NCBI GenBank assembly: GCA_965218785.1 | Contig: OZ244650.1 | Coordinates: 1,696,001 to 1,760,000, forward strand | DNA from: Nitrosopumilus sp. | GTDB taxonomy: Archaea; Thermoproteota; Nitrososphaeria; Nitrososphaerales; Nitrosopumilaceae | DNA: 64,000 nt | Direction of reading: 5' to 3' | Part shown: positions 32,617 through 42,753 of the stretch, in pieces | Layout: the number at the start of each line of letters is the position of its first letter | Position numbering within the stretch: the first letter of the stretch is position 1 | The notes under the pieces: model-generated | Told to the model about the DNA's origin: nothing | Seen by the model: only the letters and a program-made list of their open reading frames with translations | Databases searched by the model: none | Made by a program: the position numbers and the translations under genes

Positions 32617-33894
32617 GTGGTGAACTTTACACACAAGATCTCAGTATTGGTGACACTACAGATACTGCTGATCATTGCAAGCTCTCTGATCATAGTATAC
32701 TTTGAGTCTCAGACATCCCTTGCCGGAAACGTGGTAAACGTGGCAGGAAAGAACCGCCTCCTTGTAGCACAGGTGCAGATTGAGCTTGACCACGTGCTGT
32801 TCCATGCAGACGGCGATTCGGATCCTAGTAATGTCTTGGATGCAATACAAAAGCTGGAGGAGAACATTCTCTTTCTCAAAAACGGCGGGACATCACTTGG
32901 GATCAAGATAGAGCCTGTTCCCCCCATGTTTGCAGATGACTGGAACCGCATATGGGAAAAATTTACACAGTACGAGGAATCCATACACGGGATTGCGGTT
33001 TTACAAAATGATACGGTGTTTGACGACAAAGACATAGATGCTGTGCGCCAGATTGGAGACGAGCTTGTGATGCACTCGGACGTACTTGCATCAGGACTTG
33101 GTAATAATGTCGAGAAACATTCTGCAGATCTCGTGCTTTTACAGCTGGCCCTCGGTGCAGTAAACGTGCTAGTACACGTTTTTATGATCATATTCATACT
33201 TGGGATCTTTAAAAATCATGCAAAGGAGATGATCAAGACGGAGCGATTCACCACCATAGGCGAGTTTGCATCCATGGTGGCCCATGATCTGAGAAATCCG
33301 CTTGGGGCGATAAGAAACTCGCAGATAATAATAGCCGGCCGCAACAATGGCAGGAACCAGATGATCGACTCTGAATGCTCTAGAATCGACCGCTGCATAA
33401 ACAGGATGGCACACCAGATAGAAGGCGTCATGAACTATGCACGCGATGTCCCACTTTTCATGGGGTCCGGCTCCATACGTGAGATCATGCACAAAACCCT
33501 GGACACGGTAAAAATCCCGGAAAATATAGATGTAAAGTTTCCAGAAAATGATGCGAGTATAACGTGTGACTTGGTAAAGATAGAGTTTGTATTTACAAAT
33601 CTACTGCTCAACGCGATTCAGGCAATAGGTGGCAATCAGGGCAGCATCACGATCCGGCTTGCAGACGGACCGGCAGAGACGGTGCTAAAGTTTGAGAATT
33701 CGGGTCCTGCAATACCGGAGAGGGATCTCGGCCGGATATTCGAACCGCTCTTTACGACAAAGATGCAGGGAACGGGGCTGGGACTGGTCAGCTGCAAGAG
33801 TATAATCAAACGGCACGGAGGGAGCATCACCGTACAAAATGATCCGGTTACGTTTACAGTGATAATCCCAAGGAGGACTCTGGATGCAGCCTAA
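32617..33894 (+). CDS. sensor histidine kinase, paralog of 22535..23809
   Basis: NVVNVAGKNRLL, VAHDLRNPL, NLLLNA, GTGLGL. Confidence 0.92.
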   Translation: MVNFTHKISVLVTLQILLIIASSLIIVYFESQTSLAGNVVNVAGKNRLLVAQVQIELDHVLFHADGDSDPSNVLDAIQKLEENILFLKNGGTSLGIKIEPVPPMFADDWNRIWEKFTQYEESIHGIAVLQNDTVFDDKDIDAVRQIGDELVMHSDVLASGLGNNVEKHSADLVLLQLALGAVNVLVHVFMIIFILGIFKNHAKEMIKTERFTTIGEFASMVAHDLRNPLGAIRNSQIIIAGRNNGRNQMIDSECSRIDRCINRMAHQIEGVMNYARDVPLFMGSGSIREIMHKTLDTVKIPENIDVKFPENDASITCDLVKIEFVFTNLLLNAIQAIGGNQGSITIRLADGPAETVLKFENSGPAIPERDLGRIFEPLFTTKMQGTGLGLVSCKSIIKRHGGSITVQNDPVTFTVIIPRRTLDAA

Positions 33895-34249
33895 AAAGAT
33901 CATGATCATCGATGACGACAAGGAGTTTCGCGAGTCAATACACGTGATTCTCATGGACCTGGATCACAGGGTCACCTCAATTTCAAACGGTATTAATGCT
34001 GCCGGAATCTATGCCGAGTTCAAGCCGGACCTGGTATTTCTGGACATAAGGATGCCCGTAATTGATGGCTATAACGTCTTTTTTCACATAACAAAGCGGG
34101 ATCCGGATGCAAGGATCGTCTTTGTGTCAAGCTACGATCTGGATGAGATAAAGTACCGGTGTGCCATGGATGTAACGCCCGTAGAAATACTTGAAAAGCC
34201 ATTGAATTTTTCAGATGTCAAAAAGATGATCAAAATACACGCAAAATGA
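33884..34249 (+). CDS. stand-alone response-regulator receiver
   Basis: IIDDD, FLDIRMP, KP. Confidence 0.93.
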   Translation: MQPKKIMIIDDDKEFRESIHVILMDLDHRVTSISNGINAAGIYAEFKPDLVFLDIRMPVIDGYNVFFHITKRDPDARIVFVSSYDLDEIKYRCAMDVTPVEILEKPLNFSDVKKMIKIHAK

Positions 34250-34316
34250 GTTGTGACAGGTGTGTATTGTTGTGTCGCTGTTATTTTGGCGTGGTGGTAA
34301 TAATGATGGACTACTA

Positions 34317-35177
34317 CTACCTGTCTTCAACGTATGTATTTTTGGAAAGACTGACATTATTCATGCCGCGGATTATTTCGGTATAATGTATCGAGGCACT
34401 ATGAAAGAATTCAGAGTACCATCCATGCAGATCCGCATCACTTTCCAGCATCCCGCGTATTCTTTTGGATCTGCCCTGTGTCTTTCTGGATTGCAGATGA
34501 GGATACAGCAGAAACGTGTAAAACCAGTATGAAATCTGCTCTGCCAGATCATGCTCTGTGATTGATTCTAAGTTTCTGGCGTATTTGACGTGGATAAACG
34601 ACATGAGTGCGTAGAGTGGATTGCACGGATCGCGTGCTATCGGGCTGTCAAGAAGCATTCCCTTTGAGAGTATCCGCAGTTTGTACACGTCACTTTTCAG
34701 TACCTGTTTTAGATATTTCCACCTGCCAAACACCCTTGGAAGCAGGTCTGAATATTTTTTTGTCATGATGTCAATCTCCCTGTTGGTAGGATCCAGGACG
34801 TCCATACAGTATAGTATGCCGTGCAGGGAGAGGCGATACTGCTGGGATGTCTTTTTGCCGGTCTGTTTCTCGTTTTTTAACACCAAGCCCAGGTCAAATA
34901 TTCCATAGTTGTGACTGCTCCCGTCGGTTCTCCCAACAAGGAGTCTTCTGTACCCCTTTTCCTTTGCCCTGATCTTATCTGTCCTGGAATATCTCATCTT
35001 TGCCATGTCCCACGTGGTGCACGATCCGGTTGCAAACAGGGTGTGCAGCAGATCCTGTACGTCCTTCTGGTGTTTGGTCAGTTTTTTGTTGTGCCCGCCG
35101 TACAGCTTGTATGCCGCAGGCAGGATATGAATCTTGTATGACATGAGGTTTCCGTAGCGTATCCCGTGCTGGGTCAA
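34317..35177 (-). CDS. putative winged-helix transcription regulator, paralog of 24179..24979
   Basis: GSCTTWDMAK, YRLSLHGILY, DLAEQISYWFYTFLLY shared. Confidence 0.7.
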   Translation of the reverse strand: MTQHGIRYGNLMSYKIHILPAAYKLYGGHNKKLTKHQKDVQDLLHTLFATGSCTTWDMAKMRYSRTDKIRAKEKGYRRLLVGRTDGSSHNYGIFDLGLVLKNEKQTGKKTSQQYRLSLHGILYCMDVLDPTNREIDIMTKKYSDLLPRVFGRWKYLKQVLKSDVYKLRILSKGMLLDSPIARDPCNPLYALMSFIHVKYARNLESITEHDLAEQISYWFYTFLLYPHLQSRKTQGRSKRIRGMLESDADLHGWYSEFFHSASIHYTEIIRGMNNVSLSKNTYVEDR

Positions 35178-35260
35178 TGACGGGGATTGGTAATGTTGCT
35201 ATATAATATTAGAGAGTATCAAAAGTTCTGGTCCGGTTCATGTTACCTGGTGCAGGTACT

Positions 35261-35437
35261 GCCTCAAACCGGCTCAAATATGCAAAATGGTTTTTGCACA
35301 ACAGTATTTCCCGATTCTGCAATAAATACGGTATTTTTTACAGTTTTCGTGCCTAAGAAGCATACCGTAGTGAGATAGGTCTTGTTAAATAACAGTAGGT
35401 GGTAGATATGATGATAACATGAATTACAAAAATCAAA
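35261..35437 (+). repeat. ~175-bp imperfect inverted repeat, right arm
   Basis: Aligns with the reverse complement of 32304..32478. Confidence 0.88.
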
Positions 35438-36339
35438 CAGCAAAAACAATATTGTTTGCATCTTTGATTGTTGCAATGATTCTGCCATTTTCGGGCATGG
35501 GAAATTCATTTGCACAGCAAACACCCGGAGAAGAAGACAAAATAGAAGCACCATACACACTAAAAGAAATTGAGCATTCATTTGCTGTCATGGAAAACTA
35601 TGTCATTTATGATGAAAACAAAAATATCACATTTGACATAATCAATGCAACAAGGGATAATATATCTCAAAATGATATCAACATTGCACAGGACTTTGCA
35701 GTGTATAGTGACAATATCATAAATGCTGCAATTGGTCCAACTGGACAAGTAAATGAAGACAATACAGACAAACAAGAACTAAAACAAAAAATACAAGAAT
35801 TAGAAGAGGGTAAATTCCAAGCACTTTTTGGAGCAAATATTGAACCTACAGTATCTGTAAATGAAATAACATTTACAGATTATCAGTATGATTCAATTCC
35901 AATTCTTACAGCATTTGGAATATCTGAATATGCAGACATTTACCAAATCAGACACAATTCAAACAATAATTCGCTTTTAGCTTGTGGTGGAAACTATCAA
36001 AATCCACACCCAGCAGATTCAAATCCGACAATAGTTAATGGATTTACATCATTATATTCTGCACAGCAAGATCTATATCAAAACGGATATCATATAGTTC
36101 CATCATATGCTTCTTGGGGTGATGAATCAGGACCCGATATAGGATTTGCCAAATTTGTAACTTCTGGCGCTCCTGGAAATTGTAATACAGGTCAATTCCG
36201 TGATGAAGGTGTAATCAATCAATACACATATGCTTCATATACTGTATATGAAAATGAACCCAATCCGGAAGTAATAAGCTATTGGTGGCCTAAAATTTGG
36301 TGGGGTACATATGTCGAATGGTGGCATGATAACTTTTAA
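35419..36339 (+). CDS. secreted protein with the conserved leader and a Trp-rich C-terminal domain
   Basis: Leader as in 25164; unrelated body ending EPNPEVISYWWPKIWWGTYVEWWHDNF. Confidence 0.85.
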   Translation: MNYKNQTAKTILFASLIVAMILPFSGMGNSFAQQTPGEEDKIEAPYTLKEIEHSFAVMENYVIYDENKNITFDIINATRDNISQNDINIAQDFAVYSDNIINAAIGPTGQVNEDNTDKQELKQKIQELEEGKFQALFGANIEPTVSVNEITFTDYQYDSIPILTAFGISEYADIYQIRHNSNNNSLLACGGNYQNPHPADSNPTIVNGFTSLYSAQQDLYQNGYHIVPSYASWGDESGPDIGFAKFVTSGAPGNCNTGQFRDEGVINQYTYASYTVYENEPNPEVISYWWPKIWWGTYVEWWHDNF

Positions 36340-36544
36340 AACCCTTTTTTATTTTTTATTCATACCGATACTGGTAATCTTTGTAATTATTTTTATCGTA
36401 AACTTTGAATTATTTTATAATCTAATCGTATATGGTAAAATTGCAGGACCCTGTGTCTGGCCAAGTGATTATGAAAATAGGGGGTATGGATCTAGAGAAA
36501 ATCTAATTTATGATGAAAATTTACAGTGTTATCTTTTGCCTTAA
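36326..36544 (+). CDS. small membrane protein overlapping the end of the secreted gene
   Basis: MITFKTLFYFLFIPILVIFVIIF TM helix plus two Cys. Confidence 0.6.
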   Translation: MITFKTLFYFLFIPILVIFVIIFIVNFELFYNLIVYGKIAGPCVWPSDYENRGYGSRENLIYDENLQCYLLP

Positions 36545-37011
36545 TTTTTAAAGCCAACACACTTACACCTAAAATTTCAAAAGATTTGATATGCCTTGGA
36601 GAATACAAGCAAAGCAAAGGGTATTTGCATACGATATAGGCAAAAGATGTGTGTGGGATAATCTACAATATCAACTGGTGTGACAGCACGATTGAATCCC
36701 CCGGAGTGTGTGACCACAAATCCACCCATGGTAAAGACCAGCCTCGGGAATAATTTTTCTTGGAACCTGCCGCCTATGCGGCATTCCCAAATTTCGTTTT
36801 TTATTCACATGTTGCTATTGAACAAATATACATTAACAGATTCCAGATATGCCATCAGGAACTAAGGATCAGAGAGCCGCTCCACGAACAGGATTGTACA
36901 GCCCTCATCTACCTGCCAACCAAAACTTTGAGGCAGTAGCGTTTCATCACCACGATTCATTACAGACCACCCATTCATATTCATAATACAGGTACCACGA
37001 TTACAAGGGTA

Positions 37012-40000
37012 CTATGCCACGGTAACTGTGTATTCGTCTGATGCCCTGTTAAAGTTATGACCGGCATCTGATGCTGCGAGTTTGGGGACAGACACGGTGA
37101 CCGTGCCGCCCGAGGTAGCTGTCACTTCAAAGGTGTATGTGGTACCGGTTCCTGCAAAGTTTGATACTGTGGGCGTGCCGCCTGATGCCGTTCCTGATAC
37201 TGTAATATCTGATGCGGCAAAGTCAGTCACGTCCTCGCTGAAGGTGGCAGTGTATGATATCGTGTTAGAGTTGTGTGTGCCGCCGTTGGGGGTGTCACTC
37301 GTTATGGCCACGGTAGGTGAAAGATCATATATCTGTACCCTCTGATTGAAGATATCAGAAATCAGCATGTGCGTGGAGTTTGTCGTGATTCCAGCTGGTC
37401 TGTCAAACTGGTCGTTGCCTGTGCCGCGGCTGCCAATTGTAGAGATGTAGTTGCCATCCCGGTCGTGTACCTGTATCCTGTCGTTGCGACTGTCTGCAAC
37501 CAAGATGTACGCAGGGGTTGTTGTGACTTTCTCTGGTAAATAAAACTGGCCGTTGCCTGAGCCGCGGCTGCCGAACTTGCTGAGATAGTTGCCATCAAGA
37601 TCAAATACCTGTATCCTGTGGTTGTTCCGGTCTGCAACCAGGATGTTCGTGGAGGTTGTCGTGACTCCCGTTGGAAAATGGAACTCGCCGTTGCCTGAGC
37701 CGCGGCTGCCAAACGTGTTGACGTGGTTGCCATCAAGATCAAATATCTGTATCCTGTTGTTGCTCCGGTCTGGAACCACGATGTGCGTGGGGGTTGTTGT
37801 GATTCCAGTAGGGAATTTCAACATGCCGTTTCCTGAACCATATTTACCGAATTTGTCGACATAGTTGCCATCAAGATCAAATATCTGTATCCTGTGGTTG
37901 GCCAGGTCTGCAACTAGGATGCGCGTGGGAGTTACGGTAATATCAAATGGTTTTTTAAACTGACCGTTACCTGAGGCATAGCTGTTGCCAAACGTACTAA
38001 CAAAATTGCCATCCAGATCAAATACCCGGATCCTGTTGTTGTAGGTGTCTGCAACCAGTATGTGTGCAGAGTTTACCGCGATACCTCTGTTATACCGAAA
38101 ATCTCCGGCAAGGCGGTCAATTGAACTCTGAAAAGTCGCAACTGGTACAAAGATATCCAGTGTAACGGTGTATGTGTTTGATGCCATGTTCACGCTGTCA
38201 TCAGCACCCATTACCACATTTGGAGGAATGGATACCGTGAGTGTTCCGTCACTGGTGGCATCCAGGCTAAACGTCCAGATGAGGCCGTCGTCGCCTAGTT
38301 CGTTAAAGTTGTGTACTCCTTCCGACGTTACAGATGCGGTTCCAGATACGTCGATATCTGTTCGGGTAAAGTCTGTCACGGACTCGTCAAAGGTGACAAC
38401 GTATGATATGTCAGCAGAGGTGTGTGTGCCGCCGTTGGGGGTGCTGGTATTAGTTATGGCTGCAGTAATCGTTTCAAGAGGCGTGATAGGAGGTACGGTT
38501 TTTTGTACTGTTATGGTCTGGGTATCGATTGCCTGATTGCCCGAAGAGTCAGTTGCAGTCCATATGACTAGGGTATCGCCTAGCGGGAATGATGCTGATG
38601 CGCTGTTTGTAATTTTAGGATTTGGATCAGCGATATCAGTGGCAGTTGCCATGCCGATGGATACGGTAGTTAAAACATCCGTATATTCTGCCGTTACATC
38701 GGCAGGTGCGGTAATGACGGGGGGTGTCGTATCCTGGATGGTAATACTTTGGATGGCAGTTGCAGTATTGCCCGATGCGTCAGTTGCAGTCCATGTAATT
38801 GTAGTGTCCCCCATCTGGAATGAATCCGGTGCGTCGTTTGTGATTGTGGGGGTGACACCTGAGACATCAATGGCAGTTGCAGTGCCGATGGATACTGTAG
38901 TTAAAACATCCGTATATTCTGCTATTACATCGGCAGGTGCGGTAATGACGGGAGGTGTCGTATCCTGTATGGTTACAGTCTGGGGGATAGTTGCCGTATT
39001 GCCGGAGGCATCAGTGGCACTCCACGTAACTGTAGTGTCCCCTAACGGAAATGAATCAGGTGCGTCTTTTGCAATGACAGGATTTGGATCAGCGATATCA
39101 GTGGCAGTTGCCATGCCGAGGAATACGGCAGTCCTAATGCCCGTGATCTCTGCTGTTACATCGGCAGGTGCGGTAATGACGGGAGGTGTCGTATCCTGGA
39201 TGGTTACAGTCTGGGGGATAGTTGCCGTATTGCCGGAGGCATCAGTGGCACTCCACGTAACTGTAGTGTCCCCTAACGGAAATGAATCAGGTGCGTCGTT
39301 TGTGATTGTGGGGGTGACACCTGAGACATCAATGGCAGTTGCCGTGCCGATGGATACGGCAGTCAGGATGCCCGTAGATTCTGCTGTTACATCGGCAGGC
39401 GCTGTAATGACGGGAGGTGTTGTATCCTGGATGGTGATTCTCTGAGTGAGAATTGCCATGTTACCTGAGACATCAGCTGCACTCCACGTAACTATGGTAT
39501 CGCCCAGCGGGAATGAACCTGTGGCGTCGTTTGTCGGAGTAACAACTTCACACGAGTTCTCAGATGTTCCAGGCAGTACAAGTGATACAGGCGTAAGCTG
39601 GCCTGTGATCTCTGCTATAACATCCTCGACTGAAGTGATTACGGGGGGAACAGTATCCCGAATTGTAACTAGTTGTGCATCAGTTGCCGTGTTTCCTGAA
39701 GAGTCAGTTGCAGTCCACAGTACGGTGGCTGTGCCAAGCTGGAATGATGCAGGGGCATCGTTTGTAATTTCAGGATTTGGATCATAGTTGTCAGAATATG
39801 CCGGCTGTCCCAAGTCCACCGTGGTTCCAGGACATGTAACTTCTGCGGTTACATCAACTGGCGCCATAATTATCGGAGGTGCGATGTCCACTATGGTGAC
39901 AGTATGTGTCGTACTGTCACTGTTTCCAGAATCATCAGTGGCAGTCCACGTAACCATGGTGGGACCCAGTGGGAAGGGGTCCGGTGCGTTGTGTTTGGGC

Positions 40001-42753
40001 ATGATATCATCACAGGAATTGTCAGTTACAGTTGGGGCAAGATTGGAATAATCAGTTGTACTTATGAATACAGTCACAAGATCGTCTATTGGCATAATTG
40101 CGGGATCGGTGGTGTCCCGTACCGTTACTGTTTGCGTGTCAGTTGCCGCGTTTCCAGCAGAGTCTGTAGCAGTCCAGATTACCGTGGTGGCACCCGGTGG
40201 GAACTGTGCCGGTGCGTCATTTGTGATTGTAGGATTTGAATCTATAATATCTGTGGCAGTCGCAGAGCCGAGATTCACCGCGGTTCCAGGACATGTGACC
40301 TCTGCCTGCACGTCAGAGGGCACCGCAAGTGCGGGCGGTACGGTATCCTGAATTGTGATTGTCTGCGTGTCAGTTGCCGCGTTTCCAGCAGAGTCTGTCG
40401 CAGTCCACGTGACTGTGGTGGCACCCAACTGGAATGATGCTGGCGCGTCATTTGTAATGGATGGATTCGGATCAGTGTCATCGATGGCAGTTGCAGTACC
40501 GATGGATATGGTAGTGAGTGTACCAGTAGCTTCTGCAGTTATATCGTCAGGTACGGTAATTACAGGTGGCACAGTATCTGTGCCTGCATCATAAATCAGG
40601 ACATCGTCTATCTCCGTATCCTCAGATGTGTTGCTTGATATCGCATCAAATCTTATCTGAAACTGTGTACTGTGTGAATAACTGCTCAGGTCATACTCTT
40701 CCATGTGCCAAAGGTTGTCATCATCGGATTCATCGGCAGTAAATCTCTCAAGTATCTGCCACGTATCCCCTCCGTTATCTGAGACATATACTATGATTCC
40801 CTCCTGTTCTCGTGGGTCAGCTCCTATATCAACAAACCTGTAAAAACTCAGCTCCGGCTGGGTCATGGCAGCAAGATCAACGTGGTCTATCATTCTCAGG
40901 GTGCATGTGGAATCACAGTTGTCTGTTCCTGCCACGTTGTTGCCCGTATGGGAATCAGGAAAGGATCTGGTTGGATTGTCCCGTATCGACCACACGGTGT
41001 CTTTCTGACCAGTCGAGATCCATTGGGACAGATCCGTCTCAAAGTCATCTGAAAAGGAAGACACTGTATTTGGGACTGGGATATCAATGACAACACTGAC
41101 CACGGCTGTTCCGATCAGATCATCCTCGTTGGTTGCAGAGACTTTGATGGTATGAGACCCGTTTGCCAGATTTTCCAGCATCCACATCCAATTTGTAAAT
41201 ACACTCGACATGGAAGTGATGGTTGCCGGTTCAGAATATGGTGTGTTGTCGATTCTGAGCTGAATGTCATAGACATCACTGTTTCCCTCTTGTATGTAAC
41301 CAACTACAGATACGTTTGAAACTGGAAATGTCTGTCCGTTTAAGGGTTTGAGGATTCTCACCACCGGCGGCGTGTCATCTGCAATGCGCACATACAGTAC
41401 ATTTGAGGACGCTGATCTCTCATCTGCACTGTTTGCAAATATTCTAAAGTACATTTCATATCCGCCATATCTGTTATAATCCAGGCTGGTTCTAGTTTCA
41501 GATATGGTATCATGATGCTGCCACGAGACCGTGTCTTGGGATCGTTCCATTCTGTAAGATGTGATCGGCGTATCGGGGCTTGAAGGATGACTCCACGTAA
41601 AACGGATGATGTTGCCAGACAGCGTGTATGCCAGGTCGTCTATCGGGTCTGGCATGATAATCGGAGGTACCTGTCCGATAATTGACACTGTGCCCTCTCT
41701 TGTGTGCCCGGATCTTCCATCAGTTACTGAATATACTATAGAGTCAGATTCGGACGGGGTGTGGGTGGGCGTGTAGACCAGCCTTGCTGAATCCCCGTCG
41801 ATGTTTGGAATCTTTGTCCTCAGATTATTATGATCCAGAGTTCCCTTTGTCGGATTACTTACAAGATGGTATGTAAGATAATCCTTGTCAGTATCCACTC
41901 CAACCAGATTGATTGTGTGCGGCGTGTTGCCAGTTATTCTGATTGTCTGGTCTGGTGCGTTTGGAATCTGGTTTATTGTAGCATTGACACTACAGTCAAG
42001 TGAGGTCGTAGTTCCTGCAACAAAGCCGTCACTGCATTTTTTACCCATGTATCCCTCGTCTGCATCACCTGTAAAGACGGTGGCAGTGCTTGGGAAATTT
42101 ATCCATGAATCGTTCTGTTTTATTTTCATGTTTGTAAACTTGCTCATGGGAATTGTTGAATATCTGTCAGTTGCCGAAATAGTTCCTTCTATGCCGACTA
42201 GTCCAGAGTACACGTTATCTGCCCTAAGTGATAATCTGGCCAGGGATCGTGTTTGTTCAGGAGTGGTGACGGTTGTTTCAACTCCGATTCCCTTGTCCTC
42301 TATGATTACCGTGATATCCTCGCCATAGTCTACCCTTCCCAGTGATGAGAGGTTTTCCTGATATACGTCATCACCCAGTTCGTCAACATTATTTACTCCA
42401 TAGTATATGCTTGTTTGTGCAACGCATTCTGTGTCTCCGAATAACCCCACTCGGATCTCACCCCTTGTGATTCCGGATTCCATCCATTCGAAATTCTCAG
42501 TTCCTTCCGTTGGAGCGGCAGTCAACCACCCTGCTGATACTGCCCTGTCTGTGCAGGAATGTCTGTCAATGTACAAGTCGGGGGAATCCAACTGAAACTG
42601 AACTCCTTGGACGGGGGAAGAAGGATTTGTTCGAATTTGTGAATAACACTGTTCAGTAGGGCTACAGTCCGTTGCAAACGCATCCGGATAACTGGCAGAC
42701 AGTACAAAAAGTGCAGAGACTGCAAAAAATAATAACAAAAGATGTTTTCTCAT
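37012..42753 (-). CDS. large surface protein (FN3/Ig-like, ~9 HYR-like repeats, NHL propeller, C-terminal Ig-like)
   Basis: Signal peptide; DTTPPVITAPADV...FPLGDTTVTW repeats; GSGNGQF..P...VAD..NHRIQ NHL repeats. Confidence 0.88.
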   Translation of the reverse strand: MRKHLLLLFFAVSALFVLSASYPDAFATDCSPTEQCYSQIRTNPSSPVQGVQFQLDSPDLYIDRHSCTDRAVSAGWLTAAPTEGTENFEWMESGITRGEIRVGLFGDTECVAQTSIYYGVNNVDELGDDVYQENLSSLGRVDYGEDITVIIEDKGIGVETTVTTPEQTRSLARLSLRADNVYSGLVGIEGTISATDRYSTIPMSKFTNMKIKQNDSWINFPSTATVFTGDADEGYMGKKCSDGFVAGTTTSLDCSVNATINQIPNAPDQTIRITGNTPHTINLVGVDTDKDYLTYHLVSNPTKGTLDHNNLRTKIPNIDGDSARLVYTPTHTPSESDSIVYSVTDGRSGHTREGTVSIIGQVPPIIMPDPIDDLAYTLSGNIIRFTWSHPSSPDTPITSYRMERSQDTVSWQHHDTISETRTSLDYNRYGGYEMYFRIFANSADERSASSNVLYVRIADDTPPVVRILKPLNGQTFPVSNVSVVGYIQEGNSDVYDIQLRIDNTPYSEPATITSMSSVFTNWMWMLENLANGSHTIKVSATNEDDLIGTAVVSVVIDIPVPNTVSSFSDDFETDLSQWISTGQKDTVWSIRDNPTRSFPDSHTGNNVAGTDNCDSTCTLRMIDHVDLAAMTQPELSFYRFVDIGADPREQEGIIVYVSDNGGDTWQILERFTADESDDDNLWHMEEYDLSSYSHSTQFQIRFDAISSNTSEDTEIDDVLIYDAGTDTVPPVITVPDDITAEATGTLTTISIGTATAIDDTDPNPSITNDAPASFQLGATTVTWTATDSAGNAATDTQTITIQDTVPPALAVPSDVQAEVTCPGTAVNLGSATATDIIDSNPTITNDAPAQFPPGATTVIWTATDSAGNAATDTQTVTVRDTTDPAIMPIDDLVTVFISTTDYSNLAPTVTDNSCDDIMPKHNAPDPFPLGPTMVTWTATDDSGNSDSTTHTVTIVDIAPPIIMAPVDVTAEVTCPGTTVDLGQPAYSDNYDPNPEITNDAPASFQLGTATVLWTATDSSGNTATDAQLVTIRDTVPPVITSVEDVIAEITGQLTPVSLVLPGTSENSCEVVTPTNDATGSFPLGDTIVTWSAADVSGNMAILTQRITIQDTTPPVITAPADVTAESTGILTAVSIGTATAIDVSGVTPTITNDAPDSFPLGDTTVTWSATDASGNTATIPQTVTIQDTTPPVITAPADVTAEITGIRTAVFLGMATATDIADPNPVIAKDAPDSFPLGDTTVTWSATDASGNTATIPQTVTIQDTTPPVITAPADVIAEYTDVLTTVSIGTATAIDVSGVTPTITNDAPDSFQMGDTTITWTATDASGNTATAIQSITIQDTTPPVITAPADVTAEYTDVLTTVSIGMATATDIADPNPKITNSASASFPLGDTLVIWTATDSSGNQAIDTQTITVQKTVPPITPLETITAAITNTSTPNGGTHTSADISYVVTFDESVTDFTRTDIDVSGTASVTSEGVHNFNELGDDGLIWTFSLDATSDGTLTVSIPPNVVMGADDSVNMASNTYTVTLDIFVPVATFQSSIDRLAGDFRYNRGIAVNSAHILVADTYNNRIRVFDLDGNFVSTFGNSYASGNGQFKKPFDITVTPTRILVADLANHRIQIFDLDGNYVDKFGKYGSGNGMLKFPTGITTTPTHIVVPDRSNNRIQIFDLDGNHVNTFGSRGSGNGEFHFPTGVTTTSTNILVADRNNHRIQVFDLDGNYLSKFGSRGSGNGQFYLPEKVTTTPAYILVADSRNDRIQVHDRDGNYISTIGSRGTGNDQFDRPAGITTNSTHMLISDIFNQRVQIYDLSPTVAITSDTPNGGTHNSNTISYTATFSEDVTDFAASDITVSGTASGGTPTVSNFAGTGTTYTFEVTATSGGTVTVSVPKLAASDAGHNFNRASDEYTVTVA

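Noticed and set aside
37082-42595. Long + strand ORFs opposite the 1913-aa gene
   Set aside because: Antisense shadows of a Thr/Asp-rich repeat protein. The same applies to shadows over other core genes such as 52566..53225 and 10802..11395.
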